Source: a virus
Taxonomy: Duplodnaviria > Caudoviricetes
Strand: one strand, 5' to 3'
Virus record (IMG/VR): IMGVR_UViG_3300025087_000034
DNA: 64,000 nt
Positions 1 through 9,123 of this stretch are shown piece by piece. Position 1 is the stretch's first letter, and every line of letters begins with the position of its first letter. The translations under genes and the position numbers were made by a program. The notes beneath the pieces were generated by a model, which saw only the letters and a list, made by a program, of their open reading frames with translations, searched no databases and had not been told where the DNA came from.

Positions 1-1
1 C

Positions 2-139
2 CAGAAAAAGATATATTTTTCTTGTAAAGATGGTTACGGAGCAATAGATGTAGATACAAATACGCTAGACTACTACACATATATTAATGATTTTGTACAG
101 GGTGGTATTATAAATAAAGCTGAGTATGCTATAGGATAA
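2..139 (+). CDS. 3' end of a virion structural protein (partial)
   Basis: Frame 2 is open from the window edge to TAA at 137-139 (QKKIYFSCKDGYGAIDVDTNTLDYYTY...). The C-terminus resembles that of the 2057-aa protein (GFSVVNLDTSELVDYY). Confidence 0.5.
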   Translation, partial: QKKIYFSCKDGYGAIDVDTNTLDYYTYINDFVQGGIINKAEYAIG

Positions 140-141
140 CA

Positions 142-1272
142 ATGTCTTATACACTTACAGGAAACATAACAGGGATTTTAGGTATTACTAATATTGTTTC
201 TAGTGATTTAACTTATATGTCCGATGGCGATAAGTATGTTAACGGGCCCACGATTTCTGTAGGAGAGACAGCGGAATTTATTATAGATTTGTATAATAGG
301 TATTATACGTTGGGGGTGTATTATTATTATAGTGGTGGGGGTGTGGTTTCTATGTATGTTGAGGAGTCTTTTGGTTATTGGGTACAAGTTTTTCCGTCTG
401 TTATTCTTGGTGGTTTATTTATTGGTCTTACGGGTGTTTATCCTAAAAGAGTAAAGGTTGTGCACTTGGCTTCTTTGAGTCTTGTTACTGCACATGAGTT
501 ACAAATATATAATAAAGATACTCTACTGGTTTTTGATTTTGATAAGGTAGCTTTAGATTCAAGTGGTGTTTTAGATACTATGGTTTCTGTATATAATAGT
601 AGCACTGGTGTTAAAGATATAAATGTATTTGTTTCTGAGGGGAGCGGGGTAGAAAGTGTAGCCCTTTCTTATTCTGGGTCCGGCCCCTATTATTTTAGAT
701 ATGAAAAGGGTTTAATACTACCCGGGGCTTTTTCTTGGGATAGTGGGAGACATATTAATACTGTGGTTAGTGGCACAAACCTTACTATTTCAGGGGTCTC
801 TGTTAGTGGTACCTACTATAGCCCTGTTGTTGATTTGTATGGCTATAGTGGATACAGGGTTTTTTGGGATGAATTTTTACCAGACGGTGATTTTATAGGT
901 TTTATAGATAACAGTGGAAGCGAGAGGTGTATTGGGGTTAGGTCTTCATATATTGCTCCAGTAGAGGGTTGGTCTAGTGGGTCGTTGGCTTCTGAGTCAG
1001 ACCCGTTTTGGAGCATTGCGGATGGGTCTCTAAATTTTTTGGCGGCGCCGAAAGAGATCATAATAGCAGATGATATAAATAGGTATTCCCAATTTTGTAT
1101 AACAATTACAGGATCAATAACGAACAAACCATATATAAAAAAGGCAGGTTTTGAAACACCCATAACGATATCTGGTGTTCAACCAAGCACTTATGCAAAT
1201 ATATATATTCGTAATAATGAAGATACCTCTGGAAAAACAGCTGGTATCATAACATGGTATACAGAACAATAG
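142..1272 (+). CDS. putative virion structural/tail protein
   Basis: 376-aa S/G/T/Y/V-rich, beta-strand-type ORF among tail-like genes. No specific family recognised. Confidence 0.55.
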   Translation: MSYTLTGNITGILGITNIVSSDLTYMSDGDKYVNGPTISVGETAEFIIDLYNRYYTLGVYYYYSGGGVVSMYVEESFGYWVQVFPSVILGGLFIGLTGVYPKRVKVVHLASLSLVTAHELQIYNKDTLLVFDFDKVALDSSGVLDTMVSVYNSSTGVKDINVFVSEGSGVESVALSYSGSGPYYFRYEKGLILPGAFSWDSGRHINTVVSGTNLTISGVSVSGTYYSPVVDLYGYSGYRVFWDEFLPDGDFIGFIDNSGSERCIGVRSSYIAPVEGWSSGSLASESDPFWSIADGSLNFLAAPKEIIIADDINRYSQFCITITGSITNKPYIKKAGFETPITISGVQPSTYANIYIRNNEDTSGKTAGIITWYTEQ

Positions 1273-1279
1273 GTACTCA

Positions 1280-4200
1280 ATGTCAAGTTTAGACACTATT
1301 TTAAATATAGATTCTACCTATACAGATATTAACGGTAATTACATCCTTAATTCCGATGTAGTCACTTCTGTCTCAAACTATAATTCTACTGTTACTGGTA
1401 CAGAAAATGCATGGGACCATAAATGGAATGTAGCTAGTCCTTTTATAAATAGTAGTTTTTCTTTACCAACCAGTGGTACTTGGACTTATGGCACGGATGA
1501 TTCTGCTACTCCGTATAAACACAATTTTTTTAGGATGCCATGGATAGGCGAGACAGATTTGTTATCAGGTAAGTCTGTCACAAGTAGTGGGTATTCAGGG
1601 AGTTTTGATGCTCCTAACTTAGTAGTTTTTAATAGTGCTAATGGTTGGTGGACTGCAAATAAGACTGAGTATGTTAATGCGGTTATAGTAGACATGGGGG
1701 TTGTAAGTAGTATATCTCATATTTGTGTTATACCTGGGTTTGGTACAGATTATACAAATTGGGTTAAGAACTATAGGGTGGGAGTATCTAATACTATTAA
1801 TTATTGGGATTTTGAAATAGTAGCCAGCGGTATTACTACTAGTGGGGTTTTAGAGCCAATACAGGTGTTTCTGGGTGAAGATAGCACTCGGTATGTTAAG
1901 TTTTACGCAGATACAAATTGGGGGGGTGCTTCCTATATTTCTGTTGGAAAGTTACATGCTTATGACAATCCTACCTGGGGGGTGTTTGGGTATAAAGAGA
2001 AGGACCAAGTTGATGGTAGTTATGCTTTAATGTACCAATCTGTAGATTTAACAGAAATTGACACTGTTTATATTGATTTATTGTCTTTGATGTCAAGTGC
2101 AATACAAGATGGTACAATTTCTTTTTATGTAGATTCCAATCAAGTGGGCAGTACCCTTAGTTACTCTTCTACATTAGCTTGGGTGGATTCGGAAGATGGA
2201 AATAGGTGGAAGTATAGAGAATATCCAGTCGATGTTTCTGCTTATAGTGGGATTAGACAGTTTAAGGTTCAATTTAACACAACCAGGTCTGATAACACTA
2301 GGGCTTATTTTTATTTTTCCGCTTCAAATTTAGCTACTATGCCACGATGGTTTTATGAGGGGGTATCTGGTGTCAGGGGTTTGACCGCAGAGTTTCCTAC
2401 TCAGGTGTATGTTGTTGTTGATACCGAGGGTTTGTCCGTAATAAATGCGGCCGACAACACATTATGGATGAGGTTTTTGATTGGGTATGGCTATGCATTG
2501 GGGGAGGCTCCTGTTTCTGTGTGTGCTAGTAACGGTAAAGTTTGGGCTGCTACTAGTAAGGGGTTATATAGAATAGATTTCATTGATAACAGAGTTTATC
2601 GGTATAATAGTGCTGGTGTTTATTATAGGCCATCAATAGCTGCCAGAAATGAATATTCAAAGTGGTTTTTGTTAAATACAGATGTAGCTACTCCCTCGGA
2701 CTTTATAAGGTGTGTTGCTTGTGGCACCTATTTAGGCGACGAGTTTATTATAGCAGGTACTTCTGATGGTTTGTATTTTTTGAAGGACCCTTTTATAGGG
2801 GTGTCAGGGGCGTATAATTCTGTATATAAATGGAATATAAATAGTGTCTCAATAAATAATGGCAAGGTTGCTGTCTCTGTTGATGGTGGAACAAGTTCTA
2901 GGATTATTTACTATGATAGTATAGCCGCCTTATTGTCAGAAAATTTTGTTGTTGGTAATGAGGTTTTTTCTAACGATAGTCTGCCTATAAATTTTAGTCT
3001 TTCCGGGTCTTTACCTGAACAATTGTCTTCTATACGGTGTGGTGAGTTAGAGTTTTTACCTAATGGCGCCCATTTTACCGTTTCAGGTACCAAGGTTTTA
3101 CCTGGTTCTGTCAGTTTGGTTTCAAACAGGTATCCTTCTAGACCCTTTGATTTGTACGCTGACGTAAGGATAGATGACTGGGTAAGTCGTTGTGGAGGGG
3201 GTTTACATTTAGGGGCAGGTACTGGGTGGCCCTATTCGTTAGATTCTTATTATAGTGGGCATAGAAATAGCTATTCAGTTTCAGCGTCCAACTTAACATT
3301 CATGCCTGTTATACAAAATGACCCCTTGGTAGATAATATATATGACAGGTGGTCAAAAAATATTTCTACTAATACTACCTCTATGTTGTTGTCTGTTAGC
3401 GGTACTAGGTTTTATGGTTACACTTCAAGTAGCAGTACGGGTTCTCAATATGGCCCCCTTGTTGGTAGTTATCTTTCCCTAGCTAGTCCTTCGTCGTTTA
3501 CTGCTAGGGTAAAGGTTTGTATCAATAGTATGCCAACAGGAATTACTGCTGGTAGGTTTAAATCTGTATTGTTTGGTGTCAGTAATGGTAGCGGTGGTTC
3601 TACAAGTACGGTTTCTACTGCCATGGCTTTTACTTATCACACTTCTGATATAAATCCTGCTGCTTATAATACTATAGCTCAATCGGCTATAAATACGTGG
3701 ACTCCGAATACCATCAATACTGTGGCGGCTTTTTCTGGGGATGGTACTGGTGCTGCAGTTTTTCATCAATGGGAATTTACTTATAACAGTTCTACTGGTT
3801 TATTTTCTTGTAGTGTTGATGGTACACATATAAGAACATTTACAAATTCTGTTGGTTCTAATGTTTATATTGTGTTTGGATTTAAAGAGAGTGATAATTC
3901 TGTCCAAAATGTATCTTCTTATTTTAAAGATTTTGAGATAGATTTTGGTTATCCATCAGACAACATTAGTAGAAAATATATACTAGCCACTCATAATTCT
4001 GCCGGCGGGATTAAACCCACGGTTAGTGGTGGTACGCATCTAGATGGTGTACAATTTGATACCATAGACGGTACCGCTCTAGCGGAATGGCGAACTTGGC
4101 GACTTTCTTATGACGGTAGTAATGTTTCTAGTTATGTAGATGGAGCTTTGGTGGGGGGCCCTACGGGAGTTTCTTTTGGTAGTTTTGTAAACTTTTTCGT

Positions 4201-7200
4201 TGGTTATGACATGCCGGTTACTGTTAGTGGCATATCTTCCGTCTGTTTTGACATAAAAAACTTTAAGGTGGAGTTTGACCCAGATTATACAGTTATATCT
4301 GGTGGTATAAATGAAGTAAGATTAAATAATGGTGTGTACGTAGAGGTTGAGCAGGACGCTTCTTTTGTTTCTACGACCAGTGGTGTTAATATTTGTGTAT
4401 ATACAGGTTCTCTTGCTGGACAGCCTGATTATATTTATGATTATGGCATAGATGAGTCTGGCATGGATAATAACGTACTATATGGTAGTGCTAAAATAGT
4501 ATCCAATGTAGAACCAGATTCCGGGGTAATAGGTTATACAGGGCTTATGTATGTTGGTACTTCTAATTACTTTAATGATTCATTCGGTAATTCTTGGAAT
4601 AGGTGGATAGACAGGCCTGCTAGTGCGAATAGTTCTGCTAAGGGGTGTCTTTGTGTGTCTTATTTAGGTGACGTTGGGTATTTTTACTATAATTATACAC
4701 CAGATACTTTTTCTTTATTTTCTCGGTCCTTGTCCTCGTCTTATGGACAGTGGAGTTTAATAGGGTGTAATACTCAAGCTCCTGGTTATACAGGAGTTGG
4801 CTCTAGTAGGGCATATTGTGTTGATATAGATGATGGAAATCAGTATCTCATTGGTCCTACTTTTATGTCTTATTTCAATAAAGAAACAGGAGTGTGGAGT
4901 TCGAGTAATATCGGGACCGGTCCTGTGTATGTAGGCGGTGGAGAGGTCTTTGATGACGGTGAGGTGTCGCCTGCTGTTTCTAGAAAGGAGCTCTTCCTAG
5001 TGCAAGACGGGGAGGTAGGGAGGTTTAAGTCCGAGTGGTTAAATTGGGAGGGGGCTAGTTTATGTGGCACTTATAGTCCTGTAGGAGCTGTAGATACCTG
5101 TGTTGTTTATTCTGAATATGATAATGCTATTTATGTTTGGTCTTATGGTACGACTTCTAATTTTTATAGAATAATGCTTGATCAAAGAAGTTGGGAAGGG
5201 CCTTTGTCAGATCCTCCTGTACCATATAATGTTGATACTGGTATATATAGTTTTTATAGGCCTTATGATGAGTGTTTGTATTTTATGATAAGTAAGTATA
5301 ATAGGTTTTTGTGCTATGATATAAAGAAAGGGGCGTGGATTAATACCAGTTCTGGTTGGTTTTTTGCCTCCGTATCCAATAATATGAGTGCTTCTTATTC
5401 TCCAATAACAGATACTGTGTATTTGAATTATGGAATAGGGACTTTAAGTACGGCAAAATATAGGTTCAAAAATAATGAGTTTAAAGATTATGTTTCTTGG
5501 GAGCCTGCTTTATTAATTAACCCTGAGGGCCAATCAGGGAAAAGTTTCAGTAGGGTTTCTCTTGGTTCTGGTAAGTATGCTAAGTCTGATAGTTTTTCTG
5601 ATTCTTTAGTAGACGGGGTCTGGTTTGATTTTGAGAGCCATGCCGTGAGTAAGACTTCTGTGGACGAGGGGGGAGGGGTTTTAAGTTTTATAATTAACAA
5701 TATTACAGAAACGGGAGGGTCCCAAGCTTTGCGGACTAATGCGTGCCCGGTTCCCTCGGCGAGTTTTTCTGCTACTATGAAAGTGAAAATTTTGGGTCTT
5801 CCTTCTCCAAACCACGCTAGTTCTTTTAATAGTTTTGTTTTTGGTGTTACGGATTACCTGGGTAGTAGGGGTAATGATTCTTGGACTGGTGTTTCTAGAA
5901 TGGGTAATACCTTGTTAGGTAAAAACGGGCTGTGGCTTATTGGTTATAATACGCAGACACTGTCTTCTAGGTATTCTTTATGGAAGAAAGAGGGACAAAG
6001 TGAGACTAGGTATGGTAGTACAAACTATATAGGTTTTAATGCCACTGATGGTACAGAAAATGCTTCTTATAGGCTTTGGCGTATAGATTATAATTATCTA
6101 ACATCAACTTTATCTGCCTATATAGATGGTGTTTTTGTAGGGTCTGTGCTGCTCACGAGTCAACTAAAGCATGGTATGTATTTATGCTTTGGTGGTTATT
6201 GTAACCAGATTTCTAGTTCTGGACAGTTGGATGTGGACGTTATAGATCTAGTAGTAAATGATTACACAAATATTTCTACGGTAGCAGGTTATATGACATT
6301 GGGCTGTTCTTCCCTTTGCTCTGAAAATTATTATGAGCGCTATGACTGTACTATGCGGTCAGAAGTACAGTTTTGTTTTGAAAATGACTTTGTTTTAGAT
6401 ACCTATTCAACGGATTCCAATAATTATGTGTGTACAATAGCAAATATCGAGAATGGTGAAAAGAAATATGAGTTGAACGCTCTCTATGATGGTTCTAAGA
6501 AAATAGGGATATATTCTTTTGGTAGCCAGTCAGAGCTGGGGTCTTATTCCTCTGTTGTGTTGCATGATTGGGCTTCTAGGTCTTTGTATAAGCTTAGTGT
6601 GGATAGTGATAAAAATCTTAGTGTTTTTGTAGATGGAACCCTAAAAGAAGAGTTGTATACTTTAGGTATAAATATTCCAGATACCTTATTAAAGCGGGTT
6701 TCATTTGGTAAGAATAATTTTAACAATCCCGCTATACGAAATATAATGGATACTAACACGGACCATATTACAACCTCTGGAACATGGTCTTTACAGCAAA
6801 ACTCCGCTTCTTATAGGGGGGCTTATTTTGGGGCTCAGCGTTATAAGTATAATGGGTCATCTTCGGACGTTATCATATTTAGATTTAATTGTGGCAGTGC
6901 TATCTATGGTAGCTTGTATATGTTTTACAATGTTGACCCGGTGTATTCTACAACAACCCCTATTATTATTTATCATAATGGTGTGGAGACTTTGCCCGTA
7001 TCAGATTCTTTTTCTACAAACCCTCTTGTGTCTGTTTTAGATAACATAGGGGAGGGAGGGGCCTCTGATTTAGATGCAACTACAGTTGTTGTGTCTCAGG
7101 TACGGGATTGTAGTGGGTATTCTGTAGATGTTGTTAGGGCATCCGGGTGGGTTTATTTGGGCAGTTATTTGGGTATAAATAGGGTTATTGTTACCGGTTA

Positions 7201-7453
7201 TACTGGTAAGAGTGTTGTAGCAGATACGTTTAAAGTCGAATATGGGGATGAGCCTTCTTACAGTACCTTTTCTTCTAAGGTTTACAAATTTGGGTATGCT
7301 GTGGGTCAAGATTCCGTTAAATATTTAAGTAGTGCTTCTCCTGGTTTTAGTGTTGTTAATTTAGATACTAGTGAGTTGGTTGATTATTATGATAGTAATT
7401 CTTCACCGAATATAGTCGGTAGTGACATATCCGATATTAATATAGTAATATAG
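1280..7453 (+). CDS. large tail fibre/adhesin with F5/8 (discoidin/CBM32-like) and several ConA/LamG-like lectin domains
   Basis: 2057 aa. N-terminal discoidin pattern (VIVDMG...WVKNYRVGVS...TRYVKF). Four LamG-like 'W.l.Y....l..yvDG' segments (FHQWEFTYNSSTGLFSCSVDG, WRTWRLSYDGSNVSSYVDG, YRLWRIDYNYLTSTLSAYIDG, LYKLSVDSDKNLSVFVDG). Propeller-like stretches; Ser/Thr-rich. Confidence 0.7.
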   Translation: MSSLDTILNIDSTYTDINGNYILNSDVVTSVSNYNSTVTGTENAWDHKWNVASPFINSSFSLPTSGTWTYGTDDSATPYKHNFFRMPWIGETDLLSGKSVTSSGYSGSFDAPNLVVFNSANGWWTANKTEYVNAVIVDMGVVSSISHICVIPGFGTDYTNWVKNYRVGVSNTINYWDFEIVASGITTSGVLEPIQVFLGEDSTRYVKFYADTNWGGASYISVGKLHAYDNPTWGVFGYKEKDQVDGSYALMYQSVDLTEIDTVYIDLLSLMSSAIQDGTISFYVDSNQVGSTLSYSSTLAWVDSEDGNRWKYREYPVDVSAYSGIRQFKVQFNTTRSDNTRAYFYFSASNLATMPRWFYEGVSGVRGLTAEFPTQVYVVVDTEGLSVINAADNTLWMRFLIGYGYALGEAPVSVCASNGKVWAATSKGLYRIDFIDNRVYRYNSAGVYYRPSIAARNEYSKWFLLNTDVATPSDFIRCVACGTYLGDEFIIAGTSDGLYFLKDPFIGVSGAYNSVYKWNINSVSINNGKVAVSVDGGTSSRIIYYDSIAALLSENFVVGNEVFSNDSLPINFSLSGSLPEQLSSIRCGELEFLPNGAHFTVSGTKVLPGSVSLVSNRYPSRPFDLYADVRIDDWVSRCGGGLHLGAGTGWPYSLDSYYSGHRNSYSVSASNLTFMPVIQNDPLVDNIYDRWSKNISTNTTSMLLSVSGTRFYGYTSSSSTGSQYGPLVGSYLSLASPSSFTARVKVCINSMPTGITAGRFKSVLFGVSNGSGGSTSTVSTAMAFTYHTSDINPAAYNTIAQSAINTWTPNTINTVAAFSGDGTGAAVFHQWEFTYNSSTGLFSCSVDGTHIRTFTNSVGSNVYIVFGFKESDNSVQNVSSYFKDFEIDFGYPSDNISRKYILATHNSAGGIKPTVSGGTHLDGVQFDTIDGTALAEWRTWRLSYDGSNVSSYVDGALVGGPTGVSFGSFVNFFVGYDMPVTVSGISSVCFDIKNFKVEFDPDYTVISGGINEVRLNNGVYVEVEQDASFVSTTSGVNICVYTGSLAGQPDYIYDYGIDESGMDNNVLYGSAKIVSNVEPDSGVIGYTGLMYVGTSNYFNDSFGNSWNRWIDRPASANSSAKGCLCVSYLGDVGYFYYNYTPDTFSLFSRSLSSSYGQWSLIGCNTQAPGYTGVGSSRAYCVDIDDGNQYLIGPTFMSYFNKETGVWSSSNIGTGPVYVGGGEVFDDGEVSPAVSRKELFLVQDGEVGRFKSEWLNWEGASLCGTYSPVGAVDTCVVYSEYDNAIYVWSYGTTSNFYRIMLDQRSWEGPLSDPPVPYNVDTGIYSFYRPYDECLYFMISKYNRFLCYDIKKGAWINTSSGWFFASVSNNMSASYSPITDTVYLNYGIGTLSTAKYRFKNNEFKDYVSWEPALLINPEGQSGKSFSRVSLGSGKYAKSDSFSDSLVDGVWFDFESHAVSKTSVDEGGGVLSFIINNITETGGSQALRTNACPVPSASFSATMKVKILGLPSPNHASSFNSFVFGVTDYLGSRGNDSWTGVSRMGNTLLGKNGLWLIGYNTQTLSSRYSLWKKEGQSETRYGSTNYIGFNATDGTENASYRLWRIDYNYLTSTLSAYIDGVFVGSVLLTSQLKHGMYLCFGGYCNQISSSGQLDVDVIDLVVNDYTNISTVAGYMTLGCSSLCSENYYERYDCTMRSEVQFCFENDFVLDTYSTDSNNYVCTIANIENGEKKYELNALYDGSKKIGIYSFGSQSELGSYSSVVLHDWASRSLYKLSVDSDKNLSVFVDGTLKEELYTLGINIPDTLLKRVSFGKNNFNNPAIRNIMDTNTDHITTSGTWSLQQNSASYRGAYFGAQRYKYNGSSSDVIIFRFNCGSAIYGSLYMFYNVDPVYSTTTPIIIYHNGVETLPVSDSFSTNPLVSVLDNIGEGGASDLDATTVVVSQVRDCSGYSVDVVRASGWVYLGSYLGINRVIVTGYTGKSVVADTFKVEYGDEPSYSTFSSKVYKFGYAVGQDSVKYLSSASPGFSVVNLDTSELVDYYDSNSSPNIVGSDISDINIVI

Positions 7454-7462
7454 GGGTGGTTA

Positions 7463-8263
7463 ATGGTATACTATTCTGCAGGAACGGCAACAACTGAGCA
7501 GGATTTAATAGTGGCAATAGACACATTCTTGACTAGTACCATAGGTTCTTGGTCTAGAATAGGGACTATAACTGACACTTCCTCAGATAAAGATTATGTT
7601 TATAAAGTGGCTGGTCCCGGTACACCAGGGCAGTATAGGGATATTTATGTTCGTTGGAGGGGGTATAGTAATACTTTATATGTATACGGATATAGTGCTT
7701 GGTATAGTGCTGCTTCATATAGCGACCAATTGTATAGTACTACATATGCTGCTACTGGTGCTTCTGCTATAAAGTACTGGTTTTTTGGGGATAGTACATA
7801 TCTGTGGGTTGTTATAAAAAATGGAGATGACAATTATTATTATTCGTGTTTTGGTGGTTTTATAGACAGTTATTATTCTTATACTTACGATCCTTTACCC
7901 TTGGCCGTTGTTGGGCAGACATCATACGCTACCGGTCTTCAGGAGGCAGGTAGAACACAGATGTATTCTGCTACAGTTAGTGGGTCAAATGTCAACTATT
8001 TGGTTGACCATGCCCAAACAGATTTTTTAGCCTATGGTGACCCTAATGTTAGGGATAATAGTCAAGCACACTATCCTCTTATTCTGTATAGCACTACAGC
8101 AGGATCTAAGGAGATTAGGGGGGAATTTCCAGGAGCAGTAAAGTTTTCTGGCGATACTTTGGTTTCAGAAGATTGGGTGGTGGTGTCGGGAACAGACTAT
8201 AAGTTTTTTATACGTAGGTATAGTACGGACGACTGTGAGGGTTATGGCCCGGTCCATGTTTAA
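7463..8263 (+). CDS. putative virion structural protein (paralog of 8279-9118)
   Basis: Shares TEQD.I...D.FL..TI..W.RI...SD.SSD.DY, DIYvR.RGYS, KYW..GD and DPLPL motifs with the next gene. Confidence 0.6.
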   Translation: MVYYSAGTATTEQDLIVAIDTFLTSTIGSWSRIGTITDTSSDKDYVYKVAGPGTPGQYRDIYVRWRGYSNTLYVYGYSAWYSAASYSDQLYSTTYAATGASAIKYWFFGDSTYLWVVIKNGDDNYYYSCFGGFIDSYYSYTYDPLPLAVVGQTSYATGLQEAGRTQMYSATVSGSNVNYLVDHAQTDFLAYGDPNVRDNSQAHYPLILYSTTAGSKEIRGEFPGAVKFSGDTLVSEDWVVVSGTDYKFFIRRYSTDDCEGYGPVHV

Positions 8264-8278
8264 AGTGGAGGTAGAGTT

Positions 8279-9118
8279 ATGAAAATATATGATTATACAT
8301 CAGGAACTTGTATTACTGAGCAGGATTTTATAACTGTTCTGGACGATTTTCTTCTTAATACAATTACTGGGTGGACTAGGATAGAAAAAGTCTCTGATTT
8401 ATCTTCTGATAGGGATTATGCGTGGAAGTCTCCAGGAGAAACTCCTGCTGACAATGGGGATATATATATAAGATTTAGGGGATATAGTGATAATGTTTAT
8501 CTTTATGGTTATGGCGTCTATGTTAGTAGTGCAAGTTATGCAGATCAGATGTACGATGTTTCTTATACGTATATGCCTACGAACGGTCTTCCTTTTAAGT
8601 ACTGGCTATATGGGGATAGAAACTTTGTGTGTGTTATTATCCTGAATAATAGTACAGGAAATACACATACCGTTTATGCCGGTTTGATAAGAAGTTATTA
8701 TGTGCCCGTTACAGACCCTTTACCATTGTTAATAAGAGGAAACACTAGTGCGGATTACCCCTGGACAGATGCAACAAATTCTAGGGCATATATGTTTAAT
8801 TGCGTTTCCAGCGGGGTAGCTGTTAATGTTTCTTACAATTGGAGTACCCTTTTGGGTAATGACGTAGGGGTTAGAAGTAGCGCTGCTATTTTATTCCCTG
8901 TAATGTTGATGAATAGAAATGCGGGTGCATATGAGGTTAGAGGAGAGCCTTATGGGGTATACCAAGTAAATGGCTTTAGGGTGGGGCCTATGTCTGCCTT
9001 AATAACTGCTTCCGGTATTTTTGTTGTGTTTAGGCAGGGGGGCTCTTCTTATACAGATAGAACATATGCGTTTGGTCCTGTAGCTCCTGTTTCAGAGGAA
9101 ACCACCTTTACAGTATAA
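8279..9118 (+). CDS. putative virion structural protein (paralog of 7463-8263)
   Basis: Tandem paralog, GGAGG SD upstream. Confidence 0.6.
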   Translation: MKIYDYTSGTCITEQDFITVLDDFLLNTITGWTRIEKVSDLSSDRDYAWKSPGETPADNGDIYIRFRGYSDNVYLYGYGVYVSSASYADQMYDVSYTYMPTNGLPFKYWLYGDRNFVCVIILNNSTGNTHTVYAGLIRSYYVPVTDPLPLLIRGNTSADYPWTDATNSRAYMFNCVSSGVAVNVSYNWSTLLGNDVGVRSSAAILFPVMLMNRNAGAYEVRGEPYGVYQVNGFRVGPMSALITASGIFVVFRQGGSSYTDRTYAFGPVAPVSEETTFTV

Positions 9119-9123
9119 TCTAT

